From Heteronotia binoei (Eukaryota), in assembly GCF_032191835.1 (NCBI RefSeq), contig NC_083243.1, positions 183,768,001 to 183,832,000 on the forward strand: a stretch of DNA of 64,000 nucleotides, read 5' to 3'. Shown here piece by piece: positions 38,625-51,456 of the stretch (position 1 is its first letter; the number at the start of each line of letters is the position of its first letter). The position numbers and the translations under genes were made by a program. The notes below the pieces were generated by a model. The model ran no database searches and had not been told where the DNA came from. It saw only the letters and a list, made by a program, of their open reading frames with translations.

Positions 38625-39120
38625 ACCTGTCACTATCCTCAACCAAAAGCCTGGCAGAACATCTCTGCCTTGCAAACCTGCAGAACTGCATTAAGTGTTG
38701 CAGGGCATGGATCTCATACAGCAGAGAGTTTCACCAGGTTGGACCTAGGGCCAGAAAAGCCCTGGTTCTGGCTGATGACAGACAGATAACTTTCATGCTG
38801 GGGATCACCAGTAGGTTTTTCTCTGCTCTTTGGGGGGTATATTAGAGAAGGCAGTCCTGAAGATACGTGGGTCCCTCACTGTTTAGGGACTTAAAGGTCA
38901 ATACTAGAATCTTGAACTTGATCTGGTACTTTACCTGGAGCCAGTGCAGCTGGCACAGCACAGGTTGAATATATGCTGTCTGTGGTGTTCCGGTAAAGAC
39001 CCATGCCACCACATTCTAGACCAGCTGCAATGTATGGATCCGCCTCAAGGGCAGCCCTGTGTAGGATGAGATACAGTAGTCCAGTTTGGAGGTGATGTGT
39101 GGATACTGTGGCTAGGTCAG
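38625..39120 (-). mobile_element. L2 LINE fragment
   Basis: Reverse complement resembles the L2 ORF2 C-terminal region (SRLDYC-, LHWL-like, FRR.CK.E.F.QAF). Confidence 0.65.
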
Positions 39121-39980
39121 GGCAAGACAGGAAGGGGGCAGTGTTACTCCAGACTCCTCCTTTGTGCCCAGATTTAAGTCCACTAGATATTTATCATATG
39201 CAAAAGTTACCCTCAAGACTATGTGGGGGGTTGTAACTAGATATTCCTCTACTGAATTTGAACTCAGACTCATCTGAAAATATCCATAGCATTTAGTTTT
39301 ATAAATTTAATTGCTGAGAATCTTTTTTGGAGACCATTTTTGAGGGTGAAAGGGAAGACAAAAATATAAAATATTGAATAATGGAAGGAACACTTCTTTA
39401 TCTGATATGGGTCTGCGTTTTAGAGAAAAGTGGGTTACAAATGAAGTAAATAAATAATAAATATAGCTAAGATTGGGGGCAGACAGAAGGGAGGTGGGTA
39501 TGTAGATGGGAAGGAGAGAAAGAAGTATGGAAAAGTGAGGATATGGAGGAACCCAAGATAAGGTAAACAGGAAATAATGTGAGGAGGGGAATATAGAGAA
39601 AAGCACGGTACCCTCACAAGTCCTTTTGAGTCCCCTACTGCACAACTGGGTCTGGCCAAGAAGACATTGCCAGGGAGAGAGAAAGAGGGAAATATGAAAA
39701 CAGGCAGTTAAAGGTAGGCTGGTTGGTATGTGGGAAGAAGTGTAGTATGCAGGAAAAGGGGAGGAGTTATGGGAGCTTCCAGGGAAGAGAAAAAAAGGAA
39801 ATAGCAGGGCAGTGGAAATTGGGATGTCCTCCACAAATCCTTGCAGGATCCCCTCTTGCCACATTACATTTTAGGCTTCTCTGTACCCAGTGGAATTTTG
39901 GCATGCCTCTATTAATTATGAATTGAGATAGTACACACCTATGAGAGGAGAACTAGTTGGCTGATGAGGACATTCACAGT

Positions 39981-41090
39981 CAGGGCCATAGCCAGGATTT
40001 GGAAGTTCGGGGGCATTTACATTTTTGGGGGGCACTGATGCCCCCCGTGCCCCACACGACCTTCCCTCTAGTGACAGGCAGGGCTGACCCTAGCCCTTCT
40101 GGCTAGGCAGCACAGCTCTGCCCCGCCCCAGTCACCGGATCTGCCCTGTGAGTAGGCAGCATGAGTAGCCCTGCGAGTAGGCAGCAGGCATGGGCTACTT
40201 ATGGTAACAGGCAGGGGGAGAGGCAGGCAGCAGAGGTGAGGAGAAGCAGTGGCGATCGAGGCTGGGAGGGAGGGGAAGGTGCAGGAGAAGTGGCTGTGAT
40301 CGGAGCTGGGTGGGAGGGGAAGGTGCGAGGAGAAGTGACTGTGACTGGGGCTGGGTGGGAGGGGAAGGGGCGAGGAGAAGTCGCTGTGATCAGGGCTGGG
40401 AGGGAGGGGAAGGGGAGAGGAGAGGAGAAGCTGCTGCAGTCGGGGCTGGGTGGGAGGGGAAGGGGCAAGTGGCTGCGAAGGAAGGGAGGGTGGTGGCGGG
40501 GAAAACAGCAGGGAGAGAAGGGAAGGGAAGCTCTTCCTTGCCTGCCCCTCACCACCACCCTCCCTTCCTTCCCCTCCATTAAAATAACGTGGGGTAGACG
40601 CAGCCCCAGCCCCCCTGCTAATTAAAGGGCCCGTGAAACAGCTGATTGTCAGGCCCTTTAATTGGTGCAGGGAGGTGGGTGGGTGCTTCTGCCCTGCCAG
40701 CAGAGCTATTTTAATGGTGAGGAAGGGAGGGCAGCCGCGAGAGCAGCAGGGAGGGAAGAGAAGACCCTTCTTTTCCCTCCCTGTCACTCTGGACATAACC
40801 CTTCCTTCCTTCCCCGCCACTAAAACAGCCGGTGGAGCGCAGCAAAAGCAACCCCCAGCTCCCCCCTGGAGTTAAAGGGCCCATGAAACAGCTGAGCTGC
40901 TGGCCCTTTAACTCCAGGGGGAGGCTTAGACTGCTTCTGCCCCCAGCCAGCCAAATTGCTCGTGCGGCCAGTGGCAGCTCTCAGAGCTATGGCAGAGGCC
41001 CTGGGGACTGGTTGGGGCCTCCGGTGAGGGGGCCTCACCCAGAAGTCGAGGGGCTGTTCTCCCACAGGCCCCCTCATAGCTACAGGCTTG
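39981..41090. mobile_element. hAT-like non-autonomous element with G-rich ~42-bp minisatellite
   Basis: CAGGGCCATAGCC ... CATAGCTACAGGCTTG termini; about 5 copies of GGGCTGGGTGGGAGGGGAAGG..GAGGAGAAGT..CTGTGA at 40255-40470; TSD not convincing. Confidence 0.5.
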
Positions 41091-42332
41091 TTCTTTCTCA
41101 GTTTTTCATTAGAGTTGATGACCTTTTATTTTGTTGGCTACAGAGCAGGCAAAATCATTGCATGTGTCCTTCATCTGAACTGGTACCACTCAGTCATCAG
41201 TGGAGGGCAAGATAAGACTCTTTGGACTTGCGACAGCTTCTGGCCCCATGAATTGGGCTTGAATTGTCATCCTTCAGATGACATCTTTTTCAAACAAGAG
41301 CAAGACCCACTCATGCCACCTGACAAATCTGACATTTACTTTCATTGGAGGAAGAAGAATTCATTAAGTACATGAATAGCTCTGGAGCAAATGCTGGAAC
41401 TGTGAATAACATCTAACATTTGTGCTTACGTTTTCAGTCAAAAGATCAGCTAAAACCAGATCGCTACTCAGCCTTATTTTTAATAAACTGAAAATCATTT
41501 ACTTATTTTGAAAATGTATATGCTACCTCTCTAAAGATCTGCTTGAGAATTATTACCATTAAATTTTACTTTTAGATTCAGCTAGCCATAGGGAAGAATG
41601 CAACAACAATAAATTAGTTTTATTTAATTAAAAAGTAGTTAAATGAGAGATAATGGCATCAGACTTGTTTAAGATGTAGGCTATTACCAAATTCAATAAA
41701 TATGAGTGGTGAACAATACAAAATCCCTGAAGGCAGATTAGGAAGCGGATGCTGAATTATTTTGTCACTCATATTCCCCCCACAAGAATTGCTTTATCCC
41801 AGTTGGTTTTTTTTTTCTTCTGGAGGCAGGAGGAGTTTGAGATTGCCAAGAGAAAAACAGTTGACAGAAAGCAGTTTGGGGGCAACAAACCTGCTCACCC
41901 CACTCCCCCAAAAAATCATTTAAAATTTTCACCACTCATAAACATTCTATAAATTTGGTATGACCCAAACTGGATAATGATACCAGAACATTTACTTTGA
42001 TCCTGAAATAGGAGGCTTTAAAAATCCATACTTTGTAGAAAGATGCATCTCGGTGTTTTTTATTGTGTGTTTTTAATCTCTTGGTTGCTTTAGTGGCCCT
42101 AATGAGGGCTGAAAGGCAGATTATAAATGTTTTAAAGTAAATACAATAAATACATTTGTATGCATATTACAAGTTAGACAAAAGAAGGAGTTTTGAATGT
42201 ATTAGTATGCAAGGTTTCATGGAGCAACATACTTAAATTATGGTTCCACCCGAAACAGAATTCCACCTTTCTAACAACATTGGAGTCAATGGACTTCTAA
42301 GAGTCTAACTCTGATTAGGATGGCATGGTTCT

Positions 42333-43075
42333 TTTGCACCCCCATACGGAATAAAAAGGCAGACAAGGTAATTGGGAAAACGGGCCACTTTATTAACATT
42401 TAACACAACCTGGCAAGGTAAACTGAAATAGGACGAGCCCTGGGGTCACCCCTGACCCTGCCAAGTCCTACAAGGGCGAGGCACCCTACCCCCGCTCCCA
42501 GCCATACAATTGTGGCTAGAACCAGGCCGGCAGACCAAACATGCCCTCCCATTACCGCCGCCCCGATCCCCAGAAGGGGGCGACCAAAGGGAGGCATGAA
42601 ACCCGATCCGTATTTCAGGACATTGAGCCATGAAGCCCATCTGCCTTTCCTGCGGATCGCATGCACAACACAGGTGCCTAGGCCTGGGTGCTCACCGGCA
42701 AGGTCTGAACCCCTTGCAAATTCCGGCAAGTGACCAAATTAGCTACCTACCTAACAACCACACCACTGTTAGCAGTACAAGGTAGGCGAAAAACACACCA
42801 CCAACGGCCAATTCAGGTGATAGTGAAAAATTCCTACCTGGCCCCTAATAAGACAACCGGTATAATCCTGTACTACTGCAGGGTAGGTGGGCGAGCCAAT
42901 GAGTCCACGAGACTGCGTGGAGATGTGTGGGGCCGAGGCTTCTTAAAGCCTCAGCCCCCCGCCCGCACAAAATTCCCGGATGCCCGGGAAGGCAGCCTTC
43001 TATCCTGCCGGGGCTGCAAAAAACGACCCCGCGGCACGCAGCCACTTTGCGGCGCGGCCAGAGCGGGGCCAAATT
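42333..43075 (-). mobile_element. Solo A-spacer-B terminal unit of an Ngaro-like element
   Basis: TTTGCACCCCCATACGGAATAA end; GGGCCACTTTATT; spacer AGCAGTACAAGGTAGGCGAAAAACAC; other end AATT. Confidence 0.65.
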
Positions 43076-43664
43076 CTCTAAGAATACAGCTTAGAATGTT
43101 GCAGGTGGTTCTTTATAAAAAAAACCCTTCTCCAACAGCAAAGGATCTACAGATTTTGGTATCAGTCTAATACTGAAATAGGCATCTGCAGGCTGGGTAC
43201 TTTGGAGGGAGTAGCTAATGATTTCTTTGTCAGCCTCGAACTGTTAGCAAGATTGGGGGGAGGGGAGAGAGGAATAAGCACCAGGAAAATATGGGAGGAA
43301 AAAATATGTCCCTAATAGTCTGCAGAAGATGTGGATATGGAACCATTAATCCTTGAAATACGTCCCATTGATTTCAATTGTAAATAAACTGCATGTGAAG
43401 AGGCTTGACATTATCATCATAAACACCAATAACCTTTCTTAAATCACTCCTACTGAACATGTAATATAGAGTTATTACTCTGTTGGCAGTTATGATTTTG
43501 GTGAGTGCATTTAGGAAGTGAATTTCAAGGGTTCCTCATCAAACAGAGATTGCAGTAACACAAGCCCACAGTATTTCAGGAACATCTCACTGGGCTGCTG
43601 TTTGGTGCTCATATTGTATTGATGCAGCTAAATAAGGTTTGTGTATTGATACGTTGTTACCTGT

Positions 43665-43924
43665 TTTGGACTCTGGGGTGACGGCGCATTATGATGTTTT
43701 CACGGCAGACTTTTTACGGGATGGTTTGCCATTGCCTTCCCCAGTCATCTACACTTTCCCCCCAGCAAGCTGCGTACTCATTTTACCAACCTCGGAAGGG
43801 TGGAAGGCTGAATCAACCTTGAGCCGGTTACCTGAACCCAGCTTCTACCAGAATCGAACTCAGGTCATGAGCAGAGAGCTTCATCTGCAGTACTGCAGCT
43901 TTACCACTCTGTGCCGCAGGGCTC
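43665..43924 (-). mobile_element. Sauria SINE (Squam1)
   Basis: Minus head GCGGCACAGAGTGGTAAAGCTGCAGTACTGCAG; body GGTTGATTCAGCCTTCCACCCTTCCGAGGTTGGTAAAATGAGTAC. Confidence 0.85.
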
Positions 43925-44423
43925 TCCAAGATCAGCAGTAAAGCCTCTGTTTTCCATGCAGGAAATCTCAGGTTCAAACCTTACATCTTCAATTAAAAGG
44001 ACTCTGCAGTAGCTGATGAGCAAACCTTTACCCAAGGATTCTGGAGAGCCACTGCCAGTCTCAGTAGGCAGTTTTGACTTTGATGGACTAATGGCCTGAA
44101 TCAGAATAAGGTAACTTTATGTGTCCATGTGTGTTGAATGCTCCTAGTCCTATTAAATGTGGACCAACATACAGATATGTTTCCACATGCAAAATAAAAT
44201 GGAGAACCTTGCAAAGCACTTTGGGTCCTCATTGGAGAGAAAAGTGGGGTATAGGTGATGTAAAATAAAATAAATAAAAATTCTTTTCCATGAATGTGCA
44301 TTTCAGTGTAACCTGAGTACCCATTCAGAGGCTCTACCATGAGAAAAATGAATCCATGTAATAGCAAAAATAAAGAAAATATCTTGAAAGAATGCACACA
44401 GCTTTGCTGATGTGTGTGTGTGT

Positions 44424-44826
44424 NNNNNNNNNNNNNNNNNNNNNNNNNNNNNNNNNNNNNNNNNNNNNNNNNNNNNNNNNNNNNNNNNNNNNNNNNNNNN
44501 NNNNNNNNNNNNNNNNNNNNNNNNNNNNNNNNNNNNNNNNNNNNNNNNNNNNNNNNNNNNNNNNNNNNNNNNNNNNNNNNNNNNNNNNNNNNNNNNNNNN
44601 NNNNNNNNNNNNNNNNNNNNNNNNNNNNNNNNNNNNNNNNNNNNNNNNNNNNNNNNNNNNNNNNNNNNNNNNNNNNNNNNNNNNNNNNNNNNNNNNNNNN
44701 NNNNNNNNNNNNNNNNNNNNNNNNNNNNNNNNNNNNNNNNNNNNNNNNNNNNNNNNNNNNNNNNNNNNNNNNNNNNNNNNNNNNNNNNNNNNNNNNNNNN
44801 NNNNNNNNNNNNNNNNNNNNNNNNNN
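44424..44826. other. Assembly gap following a (TG)n microsatellite
   Basis: Run of N. Confidence 0.99.
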
Positions 44827-47683
44827 TTGGCTCCTCTTGGAAATCACCCTGCTAGGAGTATAGCAAAGATCTTTTGTCAAGTTAGGGTGTTTAACAAGTG
44901 CTAAGCAAATACAGCAAAGAACATTTGCAAACAATTACCCATAGAAGCCTGTGGGCTTTCTTCATCCATATCCATGCTGTTGGGACTCCCCCCCCCCCTG
45001 CTTTTTTTTTTTTTTACTTTCACTACCAGACCCACAAACTGTTAATACACTGAAAATAATCTAGCAGAATATGTTATCATGCTGAGACAAAGCAAGTTGG
45101 GAAAGATGCGCCGGAAATGCTGGAAATATAAATACATTACTTAAGAATAGTTTCACTAAATGCCAGTGTTTTATAATGGCTAGCGAGGCACACTAGGATC
45201 TGGCAATCTGCCCTTAAATTCACTGGGCGATGTTGAGCCAATCATTCTCTTTCAGCCTAACCTACCTTATAGGATTGTTGTTGTGAGTATTAATACAAGA
45301 AGATAACAATATAGGACTGTCAAGCTCGTGCCAGGGGTGGGGGATCCCCCTGTTTGGGGGTACCCAATCCACCAGCATGGAGCAGGCTGCTGGGGAGATC
45401 CCCAATCCCAAAGAGCCCTGTCATCACACAGCGTGCCCTGCATGATGACATCACCTGGAAGTGACATCATCATGCCGAGCACATCGTGCCAGGGTCGTTC
45501 TAGGATTCACAGTAAAACTCTATGGTTTTACTGCAAATCCTAGAGCATCCCCAGCATGACATGCCCTCTGTAATGAGGTGACTTCCGGATGGCATCATTG
45601 CACTGTACATACAAAGCACAGGAGAAAGGAGTCCCCTGCCACTGTGGTGGAAGGACTTGGCAACCCTATAACAAAAGAGGTCTGAGCTCCTTTGAAGAAG
45701 AGTAAAAAAGGGGCAAATTCTGAATTAAAGAAGAGTGATTGAGAACGACTCTGAAGTAAGTTTATATTCACAGAATATATGTATTCATTTGTTGACATCA
45801 TGAATGCATGAAAAGAAACTATGAAGGAAATACAGAGACTGTTCTTCGCTTCTGAGAGCAGTCTCTCACCAGAATCTCTAAGATTTAAAGCCCCACTTCA
45901 TGGGCTCTGTGTTAGACTCGGCTTTGGAACTTTTGTCACACTCTCAAAAGCATCTCCAAAAGACCTCTGCTTTCTTCTCCAGTCAGTCTTCAACTCCCTT
46001 CAGCTCCATAACTGACTTTTTCAACTGCCTAACTGCCACTCTCCTTTGACAGTTCAAAGCTGTCCACCAACTAGAGTGAGTCCTATCAGCTGTCACTCAA
46101 GGGTCCTTAGCATGCATATTGCTGCTGTTCATCACATGACAACTAGGTTCCTACACTGGGGTAATCCAGAGATACACCATTATATTTGAAAATACAGTCC
46201 CACCGACAATATGCACTAAGGTAAACCCACACAAGCTTTCTGAGGTAACTCAGCTTTTTAACTATATCAGTTCCACCCACCCCAATATGGTTTGCTTTCC
46301 TAGTTCACCACTCCAAACCCTAAATTCTTTTCAGACCATCAACATCTGATTTTTTGGGGGATGGGGGGGGATCAGTGAAGCTCAAACAAAACCCAGAAGA
46401 ACAACTGGCAAACAATCAGTAAGGTAGGTGAAAACTTGATGTGGTTAAGAAACTGAGCTGCGTCAAAAATCTGATTTTTGGAGATCTTGCACAGCCACAA
46501 AAAGGGCTCTTTGCACAACCAGTTGGCTGAGACTGGAGTAACTCTGAACAGGACTGTACTATAATGTGGAACTACACATTACTGGACAAATCCAGAGTTT
46601 CCAACCTCCTGTTTATCATAATAATGTAACAGCTGAGTATACATTTGCAGGAGATTTTTGGTGGGTGGGAGAGGGCATCTGATTAATCCTTTCCCTGTCC
46701 ACTAATGCACGCTTTCTTTGCCTACCTATTTCCCTTTGAAAGTACTCCCATCATTCCATTTTAGTGCATTTCCTTCTGATTAAACTGCCAGATGAAAAAT
46801 AAATCGGGTTAGGGGGGAAATGCATTGGTGGAAATTTGCCGGGCCAGATCTATAAGTATGCAAAAAGGTTTTTGTGTTCCTCCTTCCCATCCACCAGTTC
46901 TATGCAAATGCCCCACCTCTGCTGCATTTCATTTCTTTCCTTTGGCAACAACAAGCTCGGAAATATGAGTCTTCTAAACTAGCAGGTAAGTTCACCCAAT
47001 TTTTGTGATTGAGAACTGTTCTCTAATTGCAGGTTGCCACTACAATATTTCAGAACTCTACCTAGCAAAATGACACAGGATCTAACTGCACATAATTCAA
47101 TTATTTCCATAGTTGAGCAACTGTAGTTACATTCATGCAAACTACGACTTTGGTCTTGGCAGAAATCTTGTTTTCTAAGTATTTTCCATTTAAATATTAA
47201 CATGTTGCTATTTAGGAATATCAAGTGTTTGTTAATTTCCTGACCTTTATTATATACACATGCAACGCAAATTTTGCATTCCCATTCACTAACACTATAG
47301 AAAATGGAAGTGGTTCTGTTTAATGTGGGTTGATGCAATGTAGAAACACAACAGTTAAATTTAGAATAACCAGGAGACTAATTTGATTAATTTATTTTCA
47401 GAGATGACAAACAGGCAGCTTACTTTGCCTTTCTAATTGCTCGTCAAGTGGTATAGACCAATCTTTGTTCCCCCTCCATAGTGAGTTACTAACTCAAATG
47501 TCACATGCATAATTATAACACTATAGATTTATGAGGACATATTAACTTAAAATAACAAAGGACAGAATCTGGAGTTAGCATCACATTCCACATGCAAGGA
47601 ATCTAATTATGTTTAATCTCCCCCCAAAACAAACAAACAAAAAAACACCTTGTTTTCTTATGTCCCCAAGGTATAACTATTAG

Positions 47684-48131
47684 TGTCAAGTCTGCTTTAA
47701 CTCTGGTCAAGCCTGCACTCAATCTTTGGTTCAGGAGAGAAGCATCCTGGGTAAAGCCATACTGTATGCCAATGCTGCTAGCTTGAATTCTCCTCACCCC
47801 CCTCCCTTCCTTTGTTATGTAGTTGTGCTTTGAAAGGGGAATATGTGAAAGAGATTATAGAGCCTTCTCAGGCCGGGCATTGGGGGAGGTTGGAGCTGAG
47901 GAGACGCTCAAGGCCAAAGCAGGCCTGGGAACAAAATTGTAACATCAATGCGTGAATGTGCCCTGCATAGTACCCCTCCCTCAAGAATCCCTTTGAAGTG
48001 TACCTTATATGATTGCATTCTACTGTATGATCTTTAGTCTTTCAATCTCCTTGTAGTCGAGAACCATGATATCAATAAACTAGTTACTTTGTTATCAACA
48101 AAGCCTCGTTATTGAATCTGCCGACTTGACA
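47684..48131 (+). mobile_element. Solo LTR (448 bp)
   Basis: TGTCAAGTC ... GACTTGACA 9-bp terminal inverted repeat; 5-bp TSD ATTAG; AATAAA near 48075. Confidence 0.88.
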
Positions 48132-49235
48132 ATTAGCCCCTGTCCCATTTCTAAATGTGACCTCTTCTTTGGTTAAACAATTAACAAAGTTGGGTGTGAG
48201 TCATTAAATCTTTTGGTTCATGCTCTCCTGAATCTCTGGAGAGACACTAAGAGCTGGCATTTCTTTTGCCAGCTTTGAAATGTGAATCATTCCTGCAAAC
48301 TCCTGAAGCCTTGAGATTGAAAATCTAATTACCTGCAAATGTTTGCAGGAATAAGTATAACAATTCAAACATATTTCCTAACCTGGCAAAGCCTTTTAAA
48401 GATCAAAGAGGTTTGGCTTGCCTTGAGGTTTGTCACTTCGAAATGCATATTAACTTTTAATAGAGTCACATGGTCAAAAGCCATGAACAACATTTAGAGG
48501 AACACCTACAACGCTTTGTGCTGAAATCACCATCGGTGATACTACTGATCAAAGGAGTCTGGAAGAGGTTCTAACAAGAGGCTTTGCCAGAATTCAGTGC
48601 AAGACAGAAAAAGAACATAACCATTTGCCAAGAGCAGGATTCTACACATCTAGTTTTCTGTTCTGTGCTATCCATCCACCAGTTCCCCTGGTAATTAGAA
48701 GCTAGGACCGATTTCCCACTTGCCTTACGCCACTGTCAAGCTCCTCTTCTCAGCGAGGCTTCCATCTGATTTCACACAATCTACCCCAGAGCTTCAGCCA
48801 GCGTCTCCTTTTGCCCCCCAAGTCGAAATAAAGAGTCAGACGCAAGGTATTGGGTATAACTAAGGGTCACTTTAATAAAGTATAAGTAACCAACGGCAAG
48901 GGCTAACCGAAACTGTGTCTTGGTCAGGGCCAGGGGTCTCAACAGACACCTCCCCTGCCGTTCCACAGTTGAGGGACCCAGCCCCCAGCCGAAGCTGTAC
49001 TTCACAGCTGCCGCCAGGTCAGCTCAGCAAGAAGGCAATCCCCAGAGGGTCCGTCCACTAGATGCACGTCTCAATGGAAGGCACCCTCCAGTACTGAAAC
49101 TGCGGCCTGGTCAGGGCCAGGGGTCTCAATAGACCCCCTCCCCTGCCATACAATGGGCAAGGGACCTGGCCCCCAGCTGGAGCTGTGCGGCACATCTCTT
49201 GCCAGGCCAGCCCAGCAAGAAGGCAAGCCCCAGAG

Positions 49236-49672
49236 TGTCAAGTCTGGCTTTAACTCTGGCTCACTCAAAGAGCATGCTGGGTAGAACCAAAGTGTAACCA
49301 AATGCTGCTAGCTAACTCTCCCCTGTTCCCCCTCCCTTCCATAGAGAATGTCTCTGCTTTGAAATGGTGATGTGTGAAAAGTCTTATCTGAACCTTCTCA
49401 GCTCAGGCTCGGGGGAGACAGGAAGCCTGGGAGTACCAAGGCCGTGGGCCTCTAATCAACATGAGAATGTATTAGTAACATCTATGTGTGAATGTTCCCT
49501 TTGCTAGATTCCCCGGCCTGTAGGAATCCCTTTGAAGTGTTCCTTATATGTAATGTATCTATTATACGGTCTTCAGTCTTTTCAAGCTCTGGCCAAGGCT
49601 GCAAGTAACCAGCATCAATAAACTAGTTCTTTGTATCTACATCGACTTGTTATTGAATCTGCAGACTTGACA
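49236..49672 (+). mobile_element. Solo LTR (437 bp), same family as 47684-48131, inserted in Ngaro B2
   Basis: TGTCAAGTC ... GACTTGACA; 5-bp TSD CAGAG; empty site visible in B1 near 50640. Confidence 0.9.
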
Positions 49673-50929
49673 CAGAGGGTCCAACCACCAGATGCACGTC
49701 TCAATGGAAGGCTCCCTCCAGTTGAGCCTTAAAGGACGGTCTGCATTCTCCCACCCCGGGTCATTAAACCCCAAGGTTGATTCTGCCAGACCCCTAACCC
49801 CCCAAGAGGGGATGCTTTCTGGTCCTCCCCTAGCTGCACAGCACCATAAGCACAGTAAAACCTGCCAAAACTAAAATGACCAAAATATTTAACAGCGCCT
49901 CCCTATAGCCAAATCTGCAATCCACTGATCTGCTATGTAGGGTAGGCGAAAAAACACCTGCAGCAAACTGCCAATCAGCTGGGAAGCAAAAAATTCCTGC
50001 CCGGCCCCCCAATCCTATGAGGCGACCAGTGCTTGCCTACATAACAAACAGGGCGGGAGGGAGGGCCAATCATCTGTTGAAGACTGAGGTAGAGGGCAGA
50101 TGGTGCTGTCATTACAGCAGCAAGCTCCACTCCCTCAGAATTGTTCCCAAATGGGCAGCAGAAGTCCTCCCTTTTCCTTCCAGGGAGGCAAAGACATCCC
50201 TGCAGCTAAGCAGCGATGCTGCTGGCTGCTGGAGATGAATTGCCCTGCAAGTTGAAATAAAGAGTCAGACAAAAGGTATTGGGTATAACTAAGGGTCACT
50301 TTATTAAAGTATAAGTAACAAATGGCAAGGGCTAACTGAAACTGTGTCTTGGTGAGGGCCTCAACAGACACCTCCCCTGCCATTCCACAGTTGAGGGACC
50401 CAGCCCCCAGCTGAAGCTGCACTTCACAGCTCCCGCCAGGTCAGCTCAGCAAGAAGGCAAATCCCAGAGATGCACATCTCAATGGAAGGCACCCACCAGT
50501 ACTGAAACTGCGGCCTGGTCAGGGCCAGGGGTCTCAACAGACACCTCCCCTGCCATTCAATGGGTGAAGGATCCTGCCCACAGTCGGAGCTGTGTGTCAC
50601 ACCTCCCGCCAGACCAGACCAGCAAGAAGGCAAGCCCCAGAGGGTCCAACCACCAGACGCACATCTCAACAGAAGGCCCCCTCCAGTCGAGCCTTAAAGG
50701 ACAGTCTGCATTCTCCCACACTGGGTCATCAAACCCCAAGGTTGATCCTGCCAGACCCCTAACCCCCCAAAGAAGGGATGCTTTCTGGTCCTCCCCTAGC
50801 CGCACAGTACCATAAGCACAGTAAAACCTGCCACCACTTAGACCAAGCCTCTGCTTAGGCCTTAGCACCCACCAGAAGGCCCAATGCCACCCGCAGCCCT
50901 TGCCAAATGTCTCTCAAGAAAAGCATATT

Positions 50930-51456
50930 ACCCTTTTCAGAGAGATACCCCCATCCCCTCTGTAGAGGTAAGGGAATTTAAAAGAAATATCCAGATGGGG
51001 CAGGTAGTGGTCCAATCCCCCCTTCTAAGGCTTTCCTAATCTGCTTGCTAGCCTTGTGATGGACCCTCTTGATGCCTGCAGAGTCCCAAACACTACAGCA
51101 AACAAGGCGGGAAATCATATCTGGCCATATTATAATGGTCCCAGGCCATCTGATCTTAATGGCCCTAAAATCATCCCTGGCCTGCAAGGTCAACACCTTG
51201 CCTTTTACTAGGTCAAGATCATTCCCACACAGGTGAATAACTAGGACCTGGGGAGGAGGGCCAGCATTCCCGTAGAATAACAATGGCAGCAGGCCAGGCC
51301 AATGAAGACCCTGGCACCCACGCCATTCAATAGTGACCCATTGGCTGAGTCCCAGCTAAGAGCCGACCAAAGTTCTCCAAGCCTGATCTGCAGCCCAAAA
51401 CACATAACTGTGTCCACAGATGAGAACTCGGCTCCTCTGGCCAGGAACAACAGCAT
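50930..51456 (-). pseudogene. Ngaro SGNH/GDSL-type hydrolase ORF
   Basis: AVVPGQRSRVLICGHSYVFWA...(one TAG)...EWRGCQGLHW...PPPQVLVIHLCGNDL...IIIWPDMISR; block I GHS and block III GND motifs. Confidence 0.8.

Noticed and set aside
40068-40820. 250-aa Pro/Ser-rich ORF and overlapping ORFs
   Set aside because: Product of a low-complexity minisatellite inside a repeat
44101-44934. Long ORFs across the gaps (also 25900-26260)
   Set aside because: Artefacts of N runs
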